Shown: one piece after another, positions 54,778-64,000 of the stretch
Layout of the letters: each line of letters opens with the position of its first letter
How positions within the stretch are numbered: position 1 is the stretch's first letter
The notes under the pieces: model-generated
Told to the model about the DNA's origin: nothing
The model's database searches: none
Seen by the model: the letters and a program-made list of their open reading frames with translations, nothing else
Translations under genes and position numbers: made by a program
Origin: an uncultured delta proteobacterium
Lineage (GTDB): Bacteria > Myxococcota_A > Polyangia > Fen-1088
Assembly: GCA_963767925.1 (NCBI GenBank)
Contig: CAVYGB010000008.1
Location: 2,080,001 to 2,144,000, forward strand
Direction of reading: 5' to 3'
Length of the DNA stretch: 64,000 nucleotides

Positions 54778-54899
54778 ATGTTGCGCGCCGGACCGCGGTC
54801 AACGCCGCGACCCGAGCGGAACCAGCAAGACGGGACGCAGCGATCCTAAGCGTTTCGACGAAGGCGATGGGATCACTCTGGATGAGCAGTCGCTCGTGT

Positions 54900-55092
54900 T
54901 CGACCCTTTCCGGCGGCGGGAGCTGGTGACATCCGGCGCGATCCCGAGATGACAGCCGCGCCGGTGCTCATCATCGGTGCCGCTCGCCACAACGGTCCGA
55001 ACCGGGCGGCCGCGCTGGTCGAGGAACCCTGGCGGCCGGCAGCGGTCCTGGCGACCGCCCGCCTGTATCTGGAAGCCCAGGCCTCGCAGTGA
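54900..55092 (+). pseudogene. Receiver-domain remnant similar to 43350..43722
   Basis: RDPEMTAAPVLIIGAA...RLYLEAQASQ vs APILIMGAAS...RRYLEAEASA. Confidence 0.45.
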
Positions 55093-55095
55093 CGT

Positions 55096-56448
55096 TCAGG
55101 TCTTTCCTCGCACCTCCCTTCGGTAAAGAGTGGACGGATCGATTCCCAGCACCTCTGCCGCCCGAGTCTTGTTGCCGCCCATGCGTTCCAGCACCCAGTT
55201 GATGTATTCCTGCTCGAGCTCCCGGAGCGACACCATCTCCCGCTTGGCGCGGTCGAGGGGGTGTTTGATCACGACGGCGAGGGAGGCTTCCAGTTCCTTC
55301 GGACCGACGGTAGCGGAGCTCCCCGTCACCACGGCGCTTTCGATGACGTGCTCGAGCTCGCGCACGTTTCCGGGCCAGGTGTGCTCTTCGAGGAGTCGCA
55401 GGGCTTCTGGCGCGAAGGATTGCACCACCGACCCCGGGACACGGGCCCGCACCCGAGTCACGAAGTGATCGGCCAGAAGCGGAATGTCCTCGCGACGCTC
55501 GCGCAGCGGCGGCAGCCGCACGGTGACCACCTTGAGTCGATAGTAGAGGTCCTCCCGGAAGCGGTTCTCCGAGACGAGGTCCTCGAGCACCCGGTGGGTG
55601 GCGGCCAGGATCCGGACGTCGCAGCGCCGAACGGTGTCGCTGCCCACGGCGCGAATCTCCCCCGACTCCAGCACGCGCAGGAGCTTTGCCTGCAGAGCCA
55701 TCGGCATATCCCCGATCTCGTCGAGCAAGAGCGTCCCGCCATCCGCCTCGACGAACAGGCCCTTGCGGGCCTGGGTCGCCCCGGTGAAGGCGCCGCGCGC
55801 GTGTCCGAACAGCTCGCTCTCCAGCAGCGCCTCGGGCAAAGCAGCGCAGTTGACCGCCACGAAAGCATGGCGCGCCCGTGGCCCCTGGTGGTGCATGGCG
55901 CGCGCCACCAGTTCCTTGCCGGTCCCGGTTTCCCCGATGATCAAGGCGGGGCTCGGAACGGCCGCCAGCCGCTCGATGAGCTCGTAGACCTGCTGCATCT
56001 CCCGGCTTTTTCCCAACAGGCTGGCAAACGAGTAGCGCTCCTCGACCTCCCGGCGGAGTCTCTGGTTCTCGGATCTCAGCGAGCGCTCAGCGCAGGCACG
56101 CTCGAGCAGGACCCGGACCACCGCCATCTTGAAGGGTTTGGTGACGTAGTGGTACGCGCCGCGCCGAATGGCCTCGACGGCGTTTTCAATGCCGCCAAAG
56201 GCGGTCATGATCACGACGGCCGCATCGGGATCGAGCCGTTTGATGGATTCCAGGACGTCCATGCCATCGACGTCCTTCATCCGGAGATCGGTGAGGACCG
56301 CGTCGGCGGGCGCCGCGGAGAACCGGGCCACGCCCTCTGCGCCGCCTGCGGCCGTGTCCACCTCGAAGCCGCTGGCCGCCAGGAACTCGGCCACCGTGCT
56401 GGCCATCTCGGCGTTGTCATCGATCACGAGCACGCGTGGTTTAGGCAT
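55096..56448 (-). CDS. Sigma54-dependent response regulator (NtrC/AtoC type)
   Basis: Receiver, GETGTGKE, GAFTGA, WPGNVREL, Fis HTH. Confidence 0.96.
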   Translation of the reverse strand: MPKPRVLVIDDNAEMASTVAEFLAASGFEVDTAAGGAEGVARFSAAPADAVLTDLRMKDVDGMDVLESIKRLDPDAAVVIMTAFGGIENAVEAIRRGAYHYVTKPFKMAVVRVLLERACAERSLRSENQRLRREVEERYSFASLLGKSREMQQVYELIERLAAVPSPALIIGETGTGKELVARAMHHQGPRARHAFVAVNCAALPEALLESELFGHARGAFTGATQARKGLFVEADGGTLLLDEIGDMPMALQAKLLRVLESGEIRAVGSDTVRRCDVRILAATHRVLEDLVSENRFREDLYYRLKVVTVRLPPLRERREDIPLLADHFVTRVRARVPGSVVQSFAPEALRLLEEHTWPGNVRELEHVIESAVVTGSSATVGPKELEASLAVVIKHPLDRAKREMVSLRELEQEYINWVLERMGGNKTRAAEVLGIDPSTLYRREVRGKT

Positions 56449-58519
56449 GGGCCCGGACTTCCTCCAACGCTACCGGCCAGGTCAGCGCCACCGTGCTCCC
56501 TACCCCCTTCTGGCTCCGCAGGACGATCTCTCCTTGATGGTTTCGCACGATACTCACGGCCACGGGAAGACCCAGGCCGGTGCCTTCACCTCGCTTCTTC
56601 GTCGTGAAGTAGGGATCGAACACGGCGTTCAGGTCCTCGACCGCGATGCCACAGCCGTCGTCCTGGACCTCGATGGAGACCTGGCTCGAACCGCTGCCCG
56701 TCCGGACACGGATCGTGATCGACCCGCCGCTGTCGCAGGCGTCGCAGGCATTGAGGAGCAGGTTGACCAGAACCTGCTGGAGCTGGTCGGGATCGGCCGA
56801 GATGCGCGGAACATTGAGCTCGGTATCCATCCGGACGAAGAGCGCCTTCTGCCGGAGCCGCCAGTCCAGCATCGATATCGCGGCATCCACGGCCTTGTTC
56901 ACGTCTACCGGCTTGCGCTCGACCGGTTGCGTCCGGGCGAAATCGAGCACCTGCCGGATGGTGGACGTGATCTGGTCGATCTGGTGGACCACGGATTCGA
57001 CGTCCCGGGCGATGGCGGGATCCTTGACCTTGCTCAGGAGCAGCTCCGCCCGACCGCGTATGATCCCCAGCGGCGTTCCGATCTCGTGCGCCAAACCCGC
57101 CGTCAGCACACCGACGGTGATGAGCTTCTCCGCGCGCACCAGCTGCTTTTCCAGGCTCTTCAGCTCCGAGAGGTCCTCGATCAGCAGCAGCGCGCTCACG
57201 TCCTGAGCGGGCCGATTCAGCGGTATCACGCGGATGTCGAAGTGGCCCGGTCGCCAGGCGAACAGACCGAGCTTGTCCGCGGCGATGGTCTGGGTCCGTT
57301 GCGCCGACAGGGCTTCTTCCAGAGTGCGGCTCAGCTGGGCGGCGGCTGCCTCATTGCCGCCGCTGAGCGCCTCGACCACCGGAGCACCGATGGGCACCTT
57401 GGCCACGCGTTCGGTCAGGAATCGATTGGTCAGCGCCACGCGGCCCTCTGCGGTTATGCCGATCAGCCCGGCGGAGACGTTCTCCACCAGCTTCTCGGTC
57501 CTCTCCCGCAGGTCCGCCAGCTCCTGGGTATGCCGCAGCCGCTCGGTCAGGACGACCGAGCGGCGCTGATGACGCACGATATAGGCCCCCACGCCCGTCA
57601 GGGCCGCCGCGAGGGCCAGCGAGGTCGCCACCAGCCACCACAGCAGCGACCGCTCTCGGGCTTCTATGGACTCCGCGGTGGCGATGGTAACCATGGTCCA
57701 CCGGCCGCTGCCCCGCTCTGTGCTTGCCCAGGCGATCGCGGCTGGCCGGCTGGGAAGTCCGACGGCAGCCGGCACCAGGTCGGCGTTCCAGGTCTGACCG
57801 CGCGACTCGCGGAGGGTCGCCATCAACGACGCCAGTCCGGGTATCGACGGCCACTCGTTGCGGGTAAAGGCCCGACAGGTCGAGGGTTGGCGGCATCCGA
57901 CCCAGATGGAGCGTCCCGGGTCCACGAGCAAGTAGTGCACCGCCGAAGAACGTGAACGGAGCACAAGTTGCAGCATGTACCGCGCCTCGGAAACCAGGAC
58001 CACCGCTTCCGCCGATCCCTCCGGCCGCGCGTACACGAAGAACTGCCGACCATCTGGACCTTCGCGCGGTCCGGAAAAGACCGGAGCTCCGGTCTTCGTG
58101 GCCTCCTGGGCCGCCGGAACACTCCAGCGCAGGAAGGCTTGCCCGACCGGAGCGGTTTCCGCCGAATCGATGGCGCCAACCGCGACGACCTCCTTCCGGA
58201 ACAGGTAGATCGCGCGGTAGTGCCGCACCACCGTGGCAAGCGCCTGGAATCCGGCGAGCAGGAAGCTGTCCTCCTCCGCGGCATCGAGGCTGGGCCGCGT
58301 GCGGGCTCGGCTCAGGAGCGTGGTGACCAGACGGCCGTCGTCGTCGAGGCCGGCGAGCTCCTTCTCCAGGTCACTGACCAGCTGACCGGCCGTCTCCATC
58401 TGAGCCGCCCCGAAATCCCCCAGGAGCCGGTTCCGCTCGTACCGCAGGCCGGCCAGTGCTAGCGCCAGCACGGCGGCAACGAGCAGTCCCACCAGGGGAA
58501 GGAGGATTCTCGAGCGCAC
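56441..58519 (-). CDS. Sensor histidine kinase cognate to the sigma54 regulator
   Basis: Two TMs, AHEIGTPL, NLLLNA, DDGCG, GTGLGL; likely GTG start 58519. Confidence 0.92.
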   Translation of the reverse strand: MRSRILLPLVGLLVAAVLALALAGLRYERNRLLGDFGAAQMETAGQLVSDLEKELAGLDDDGRLVTTLLSRARTRPSLDAAEEDSFLLAGFQALATVVRHYRAIYLFRKEVVAVGAIDSAETAPVGQAFLRWSVPAAQEATKTGAPVFSGPREGPDGRQFFVYARPEGSAEAVVLVSEARYMLQLVLRSRSSAVHYLLVDPGRSIWVGCRQPSTCRAFTRNEWPSIPGLASLMATLRESRGQTWNADLVPAAVGLPSRPAAIAWASTERGSGRWTMVTIATAESIEARERSLLWWLVATSLALAAALTGVGAYIVRHQRRSVVLTERLRHTQELADLRERTEKLVENVSAGLIGITAEGRVALTNRFLTERVAKVPIGAPVVEALSGGNEAAAAQLSRTLEEALSAQRTQTIAADKLGLFAWRPGHFDIRVIPLNRPAQDVSALLLIEDLSELKSLEKQLVRAEKLITVGVLTAGLAHEIGTPLGIIRGRAELLLSKVKDPAIARDVESVVHQIDQITSTIRQVLDFARTQPVERKPVDVNKAVDAAISMLDWRLRQKALFVRMDTELNVPRISADPDQLQQVLVNLLLNACDACDSGGSITIRVRTGSGSSQVSIEVQDDGCGIAVEDLNAVFDPYFTTKKRGEGTGLGLPVAVSIVRNHQGEIVLRSQKGVGSTVALTWPVALEEVRAHA

Positions 58520-59099
58520 GGCGTAAATGTAGCCGGCCCCGGCCGCTGGCGCGGGACCCTCTTCGACCCGCAGATGGCTGCTTTTCTTGGGCACCCCGGA
58601 ACCACCCCTTCGGCAGCGAGCACCGGTGGCAACCGCTGCCCGCAATGGACCATCAGGGCAGCAATAGTGGTGCCCGCCTGGAAAAGCAAACGGACGCGCC
58701 CCGGCCACCTCAGCCTGCCGGAGCTCGGCGGGACGCAAACAGCCGCCTCCTGGCACGTGGCCTGTATCCTCCGCCGCCCGGGATGCTCGAGCGGCAGCAA
58801 CCAGCCGTGACTTTGCGGCCTTCGGACACACCCGCCGCTCGTGCAGATCGCCCTGCCGGCGTTGCCCGATGCATGGCCGGTCCTCGACGCGCCAAGAAGC
58901 ACTGGCACCCGACCGCCGGGACGCCGGGGCCGCGCCCGACGGTTCTGCTGCTGCGGCGGGATGCATCCGCAGAATCCGCAGAAGCGCCGCGCCTGCCCCA
59001 CGACGACACGCCTGCGGTCCGAGCCTTGCTTCGGGCGCTCTGACTCATGCGGCCCCTGGTTCTCTTTTCGGCGGTCTGCGCAGCCGTGGTACTCGGATC

Positions 59100-59814
59100 G
59101 TTGGGTGCGTCGGCCACGACTGATCACTCGCCCTACCCGTCCACCTCGCCGTGCTGGTCCTGCTTGGAGCCACGGGCCTTGCGCTGGGTGCCCTGGAGCT
59201 GCTTCTGACCCGGGCCGCGGTAGACCTTGCCCGGCTAATCCCAGCGCGACTGTCCCGACCCGCCGCGTGGGCAGTCAGCACGACCGTGCTGCTTTCCCCC
59301 CTGCTGGCCCTGCTCGCGACCGCGGCATTCTCCGGCCACCATGCGCGAACCCAGGCACTCGCCGATTTGCGCTCGCCCGAGGCGACCCACTTCATGAAGG
59401 AGCGGCTCGAGGACGAGCCTTACACCACCGTTCGAGCCGCCCTGGCCCGGGCTCTCGGCGGGTCCCGGGGAGCCAGAGGCCATGCGTGCTCTGCGGGCCC
59501 TCTTTCGACACGAAACCGAACAACCGGTCCTGGCCACCACCGCCCGGGCACTGGTCGACCTCCGAGCAGGCCAACCAATCGAACGCGGGCGGAGTCTCAG
59601 CGTACCACCCAGGGCCCGTGAGCTGTGGCTGGTCTCCCCCGGACCCGCCCGGCGATCGGTGAAGGTGCAGCTCGAAGGAACCGGCCCGCGCCAGCTCGTA
59701 AGGCTCGTCGACGGTCCCTCACCCCGCGAGGCCTATGCCCTGGCCCTACCAAGACCCCGCCGGCACCGCTCGCTTCGCGTCTTCCCCTCGACCGGTCACG
59801 CGCTGTTTCGATGA
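59100..59814 (+). pseudogene. Remnant of membrane protein with HEAT-like segment
   Basis: TM helices then LEDEPYTTVRAALARALG; frameshifts. Confidence 0.4.
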
Positions 59815-60183
59815 CGCCATCCCCGCCGAACGGTCGACGGTAGTCCCACGTAGGTCTGGGCGGTGCTCGGCCGTTCTGGTGCTGGCGCGGCGGTGAGTAT
59901 CCTCACCGTGAGCACGCTACCGGACATACCAGCGCCGATCTGCGGGCGTACGGACGACGGGGCCACCGGCGGGGCCCGGGCTCTCAACATTCTGAGCATC
60001 CTAGGACAGGGACGTCGCCTCGCGGGCGCCATCCCTACCGACCCATCGCGAACGTGCTTTCCGCGCTCGATGGCGGACGGGACCACCCGGAAAAAACATC
60101 ACCTCCGGGTCGACAAGAAATCCGTCGGTCGGGAACTGGAGAGAGGGAGGCTCCCTCCCGGAGGAGGGCACCCCGTCGCCCGG

Positions 60184-61425
60184 TCAAGGGTCGAGGGTGA
60201 AGAGGAAGCTGACGGTGCCGCTGGCGGTGCCGACGGGCACGAGCGCGGTCGGAAGGCCGAGCGGGGAGAGCGTGCCGGTGCGGGGGTCGATGCGGTAGGT
60301 GGTGAGGAGGGGCTGGCCGCGGTGAGGGTCGGTGGCGCCCTGGCCGCCCAGGAAGAGGAGGTCGCCCAGGATCAGCGGGGACTGCAGGCCGGTGTGGGTG
60401 AGCTCGTGGGTGCCGAGGCCGGACTCGCGCTCGAGGAAGGTGAGAAGGCCGGTGGCGGGGTGGATCGAGAAGGCGTCGACGAGGGCCAGGCGGGTGCCGG
60501 CGACGTAGCCGAGGGCGTAGAGGAAGCGGCCGCTCTCGTGCAACGAGAGCGCGGTCCAGTAGATCGGCTCGGCGGGGACCGGGTTGTCCTGGAAGGCCTG
60601 GGCGCGGAGCAGACCGGTCGTCCCGGCGTGGGAGAACAGGCCGATGGCGTTCTCCTCGATGCTGTAGACCCAGCTGCCGTTGCGGTGGCTGTCGAGGCCG
60701 AGGACGGTGCGGCCGAGGGAGCCTTCGGCGTGGGGGGGATCGCGGGGGGTGATGGTGCCGGAGGTGGGCTCGAAGGCGTACTGGAAGATGGCCTCGCCGT
60801 CGAAGCCGTAGAAGTGGCGGCCCGACGGATCCCAGGCGAAGCCGTAGAACTCCTGCGAGATGATCCGGGGCGCGCCCAGGGCGCCGCTGCCGCTGTCCAC
60901 CGGCAGGAGCTGGTCCTCGAGGCCGGGCGAGCCGTTGGTGGCGGAGAGCAGCAGCCAGGGGGCGGTGGGGTGCAAGATGAGCTGGGTGACCCCCTCGACC
61001 ATGGGATGGGGGAGCGGCAGCTCGCCGGCGCGGGTGAGGGCGCCGGTGCCGGGCGCCACCGCAAAGGTCAGCAGCGCCAGGGGCGTGCCGACCTGGGTCT
61101 GCACGTAGACGCGCCGGTTGCGCGGGTCGACCTCGGCCAGGCGGGCGTCGTCACCGGCCGGGACCGAGGCCCCGGGGCGGAGCGCGCCCGTCGATCGATC
61201 CACGGCGAAAGCGTGGATGGCGGTGCTGGTGCCGGCATAGACGAACGCCGGCCCGGCCGGCGCGGCGTCCGGGCCGCAGGCGACGAGCCCGGCGCAGGCC
61301 AGCGCGATGGCCGCCGCCCGACCGCCGGCCGGGGCGCGGCCCGCCGGAGGGCTTCCCCGGCGGTCGAAGGCCGGCCGAGCCACGGGAGCAGCGGCGCGGG
61401 CAAGGGGTCGCCGGCCTCGCTTCAC
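60184..61425 (-). CDS. Lactonase-family 7-bladed beta-propeller lipoprotein
   Basis: Repeated D/HPxxGxL blades, WDPSGRHFY, HESGRFLY; LVAC lipobox. Confidence 0.8.
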   Translation of the reverse strand: MKRGRRPLARAAAPVARPAFDRRGSPPAGRAPAGGRAAAIALACAGLVACGPDAAPAGPAFVYAGTSTAIHAFAVDRSTGALRPGASVPAGDDARLAEVDPRNRRVYVQTQVGTPLALLTFAVAPGTGALTRAGELPLPHPMVEGVTQLILHPTAPWLLLSATNGSPGLEDQLLPVDSGSGALGAPRIISQEFYGFAWDPSGRHFYGFDGEAIFQYAFEPTSGTITPRDPPHAEGSLGRTVLGLDSHRNGSWVYSIEENAIGLFSHAGTTGLLRAQAFQDNPVPAEPIYWTALSLHESGRFLYALGYVAGTRLALVDAFSIHPATGLLTFLERESGLGTHELTHTGLQSPLILGDLLFLGGQGATDPHRGQPLLTTYRIDPRTGTLSPLGLPTALVPVGTASGTVSFLFTLDP

Positions 61426-61433
61426 CCGGACCG

Positions 61434-62789
61434 CTACGCCATCAGGATGGGGATGTTGCCGGGCTTGCCGAGGTCGCCGACCTGGTTCACGTCGGTCACG
61501 CCCATGACCTGGCAGGCGGTCACCAGGAGCTGCGAGAAGTCCGTGTCCGGCCCCAGCTCGAGCAGGCGGCCGGTCTTGAGCTTCTTGCCGGCGCTGCCGG
61601 CCACCAGGGTGATGGGCGGGGTCACGTTGTGGGCGGCGCCTTCGGTGAGCTCGTTGGCGTAGATCAACATCGTGTTGTCGAGCAAGGTGCCGTCACCCTC
61701 GGGGACGCTGTCGAGCTGCTGCAGCAGCTCGGCCATGCGCTGCATGTTCCAGCGCTCGATGGCCGCCTTCTGCAGGCGGGCCTGGGCCGAGGTGTTGTGC
61801 GACAGGGTGTGGTGGCCGGTGTTCACGCCGACCCAGGTGTGCTGGACCATGCTGAACGACCGGGACCACTGCAAGCTGGCCACCCGCGTGCGGTCGCAGG
61901 CCAGGGCGGCCACCGCCAGCGAGTTCTGGATCGCCAGCAGCTCGGGGTAGCTGGCGTTGGCCTTGAGGTCGATGCCCGGCTTCATCGCCGGGGAGCCACA
62001 GGCGCCCGCCACCGGGGCGGTGGGCGAGTTGACTGGCTGGAGCAGGCGCTTCTCGACCGCGGAGAGGCTCTCCAGGTGCTGCTCGAGCTTGAGCCGCTCG
62101 CCCCGGTCGATGCGCCGGTTGAGGGCGTTCAGCTCGCGCCGCACGAGATCGATGGCGCTGGCCCGGCGGGCTCGCACCCGCGCGAGATCCTCGGGGCGGA
62201 TGCCGGTGGGCGCGGTGGCGCTGCCGAGCATGAGCCGGTCGAGCATCTTGTACGGGCTGGATTCGGGCTGGATCGGCTGATCCGACCCGGCGTAGAGCAT
62301 GACGCTGAGGAGCCGCGAGTTGGCCCCCGGCCCGTCGTGCTGCACGCCGAACTCCAGGCTGGGGAAGGCGTGGGTCTGGGGGATCTTCTTGGCGATGATC
62401 TGATCGACAGAGGGGTTCTTGGAGTAGCCGCCGAAGGGCGAGCCGGGGTTGCGGCTGGAGGCGGTCCACAGGCAGACCATGGCCGACTCGTGCCCGCCGG
62501 GGCCGCTCTTCACCCGGCGCATGCCCTTGGGGAAGATCAGCTTGTCCTTGAAGGGGGCGAGCGGCTCGCTGATCGAGCCGGGGGCGAAGGTGAAGGCGGT
62601 CTCGGTGCCGGTCGGCCAGTACTGGTCGGGCACCGAGCCGTTGCCGGAGAACACCAGCAGGACGCGGGTGGGGTAACCGGCGGGCGACAGCCCCTGCGCC
62701 TTGGCCCGTCGCCCGAAGAAGGGCACGAAGGGCGACAGCGCCGCGCCGGCGGCCATCGCTCCCAGGAAATCACGACGTGTGCTTCTCAT
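61434..62789 (-). CDS. DUF1552-family Tat-exported protein
   Basis: STRRDFLG, SVDQIIA, ACDRTRVASL, HHTLSH, EGDGTLLDNT. Confidence 0.9.
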   Translation of the reverse strand: MRSTRRDFLGAMAAGAALSPFVPFFGRRAKAQGLSPAGYPTRVLLVFSGNGSVPDQYWPTGTETAFTFAPGSISEPLAPFKDKLIFPKGMRRVKSGPGGHESAMVCLWTASSRNPGSPFGGYSKNPSVDQIIAKKIPQTHAFPSLEFGVQHDGPGANSRLLSVMLYAGSDQPIQPESSPYKMLDRLMLGSATAPTGIRPEDLARVRARRASAIDLVRRELNALNRRIDRGERLKLEQHLESLSAVEKRLLQPVNSPTAPVAGACGSPAMKPGIDLKANASYPELLAIQNSLAVAALACDRTRVASLQWSRSFSMVQHTWVGVNTGHHTLSHNTSAQARLQKAAIERWNMQRMAELLQQLDSVPEGDGTLLDNTMLIYANELTEGAAHNVTPPITLVAGSAGKKLKTGRLLELGPDTDFSQLLVTACQVMGVTDVNQVGDLGKPGNIPILMA

Positions 62790-62816
62790 TTGTCTCCTCG
62801 GTCTCCCAGGTGCGCG

Positions 62817-64000
62817 CTACGGAAGGTCGATGGGCCGGCGGAACCGGAAGGGATGGCTGGCGGCCAGCGCGACCATCAGGTCGGGCAGCCGGTGGCCGTC
62901 GCGGGCGAAGGCCGCCAGGGCGGCCTGCAGCGCGGGCCGGTCGCCCTCCGTGTCGAGACGCCCGAGGGCGTAGCGGAACCACTGCCGGGTCATGCAGGAC
63001 CGGACCTCGCTGGAGCGGGACAGCCGCTCGACCAGCTCGACCGCGTTCTTGACCGGGCCGTCCTGATCGGTGCCGCTGAGCTCGCTGCTGGCGTCGACAG
63101 GGACCCGACCGTCCATGGTGCGGAAGCGCCCGATGCCGTCGAAGCTCTCGAAGGCCAGCCCCAGGGGATCCATGAGGGCGTGGCAGGCGGCGCATTCGGG
63201 CTTGGTGCGGTGTTGCTCGAAGCGCACCCGGGTCGAGACGTTGGGGTCGGGCTTGGGCACCGTGGCGTCCACGTCCTGGGGCGGCTCGGGCGGGACCACA
63301 CACAGCAGGCGGTCGGAGATGACGTAGCCGCGCGCCACCGGCGAGCTCTGGTCGGGGTGCCCGTGTTTCGACAGGACGCCGGCCAGGGTGAGCACGCCGG
63401 CCCGCTGGCCCTCGGGCAGCTCGGTTCGCCGCAAGCTCGTCGCGTTGCCCCCGGTCGCCGCCGGCACGCCATAAAGACCGAACAGCGGTCCCCGCAGGAA
63501 GGAGTAGCGGGCGGTGAGCAGCGCCTCCAGGGTGCCGCCCCCGCTGTCCGTGCGGCGGCCCACCTGATCGACGAACTCGACGATCTCCTCGCGCATGGCG
63601 GCCCGCACCTCGGGCGTGAACATCGGGTAGACCTCGGGGTCCTTCTCCACGGTGAGCAGGTCGTCGACCTGCAGCCACTGCAGGTAGAAGGAGACCACGC
63701 TGTCGCGCGCCTTCGGGCTCTCGATCAGGCGCCGGGCCTGGGCGGCGACCTCGTCGGCGCTGCCCAGCCGCCCCGCCTCGGCGGCGGCGAACAGCTCCTG
63801 GTCGGGCATCGTGTTCTGGAGGAAATACGACAGGCGGGAGGCGGTCTCGTAGTGGGTGAGGGGCAGGCCCTCGCGGCCGGCGCGGCCCAGGTCTCCCAGC
63901 TCGGGCCGGTACAGGAAGTGCGGCGACTGCAACATGGTGCTCACGACCAGTGACAGCCCGCTGGCGAAGTCGCCCCCTTCGCGGCCGACCGCGAACAACG
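62817..64000 (-). CDS. DUF1592/DUF1588/DUF1585 multi-domain protein (5' end outside window)
   Basis: LQSPHFLYR, ASRLSYFL...PD, SSPVARG, CAACH, DPLGLAFESFDGIG. Confidence 0.9.
   Translation of the reverse strand, partial: LFAVGREGGDFASGLSLVVSTMLQSPHFLYRPELGDLGRAGREGLPLTHYETASRLSYFLQNTMPDQELFAAAEAGRLGSADEVAAQARRLIESPKARDSVVSFYLQWLQVDDLLTVEKDPEVYPMFTPEVRAAMREEIVEFVDQVGRRTDSGGGTLEALLTARYSFLRGPLFGLYGVPAATGGNATSLRRTELPEGQRAGVLTLAGVLSKHGHPDQSSPVARGYVISDRLLCVVPPEPPQDVDATVPKPDPNVSTRVRFEQHRTKPECAACHALMDPLGLAFESFDGIGRFRTMDGRVPVDASSELSGTDQDGPVKNAVELVERLSRSSEVRSCMTRQWFRYALGRLDTEGDRPALQAALAAFARDGHRLPDLMVALAASHPFRFRRPIDLP

Noticed and set aside
59863..63953. 599-aa and 774-aa plus-strand ORFs
   Set aside because: Antisense shadows of lactonase, DUF1552 and DUF1592 genes

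Overview
GC-rich bacterial DNA; gene content (DUF1552/DUF1592 cluster, sigma54 two-component pair, TamAB, lipoproteins) suggests a myxobacterium or relative (inference). All family assignments come from motifs recognised by eye, not database searches. Three zones. (1) 1-8453 is the right end of an element integrated at tRNA-Val(CAC): tyrosine integrase, excisionase-like HTH, Zn-finger GIY-YIG nuclease, AEP-type primase/Rep, several HTH regulators, a nested IS with CTAG target duplication, and the displaced 3' half of the tRNA with its terminator (attR). The element has unusual cis-features: a hairpin burying the nuclease RBS that competes with a 17-bp long-range inverted repeat, and a duplicated purine-rich 38-mer inside the rep gene. 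(2) About 8.5-60 kb is a mosaic, partly decayed stress/dormancy-type region: five USP genes, an FtsH, NhaA, GlgX/TreY/TreZ, YbdK, FadE, receiver proteins, HTTM gene pairs with sulfatase-like genes, two IS3 remnants, a rod-like MITE and many deleted or frameshifted genes. A recurring TTGGCATGCCAA-like palindrome lies upstream of several of these genes. (3) 60.2-64 kb is an intact DUF1592-DUF1552-lactonase cluster. No CRISPR array, rRNA or intact tRNA was seen.
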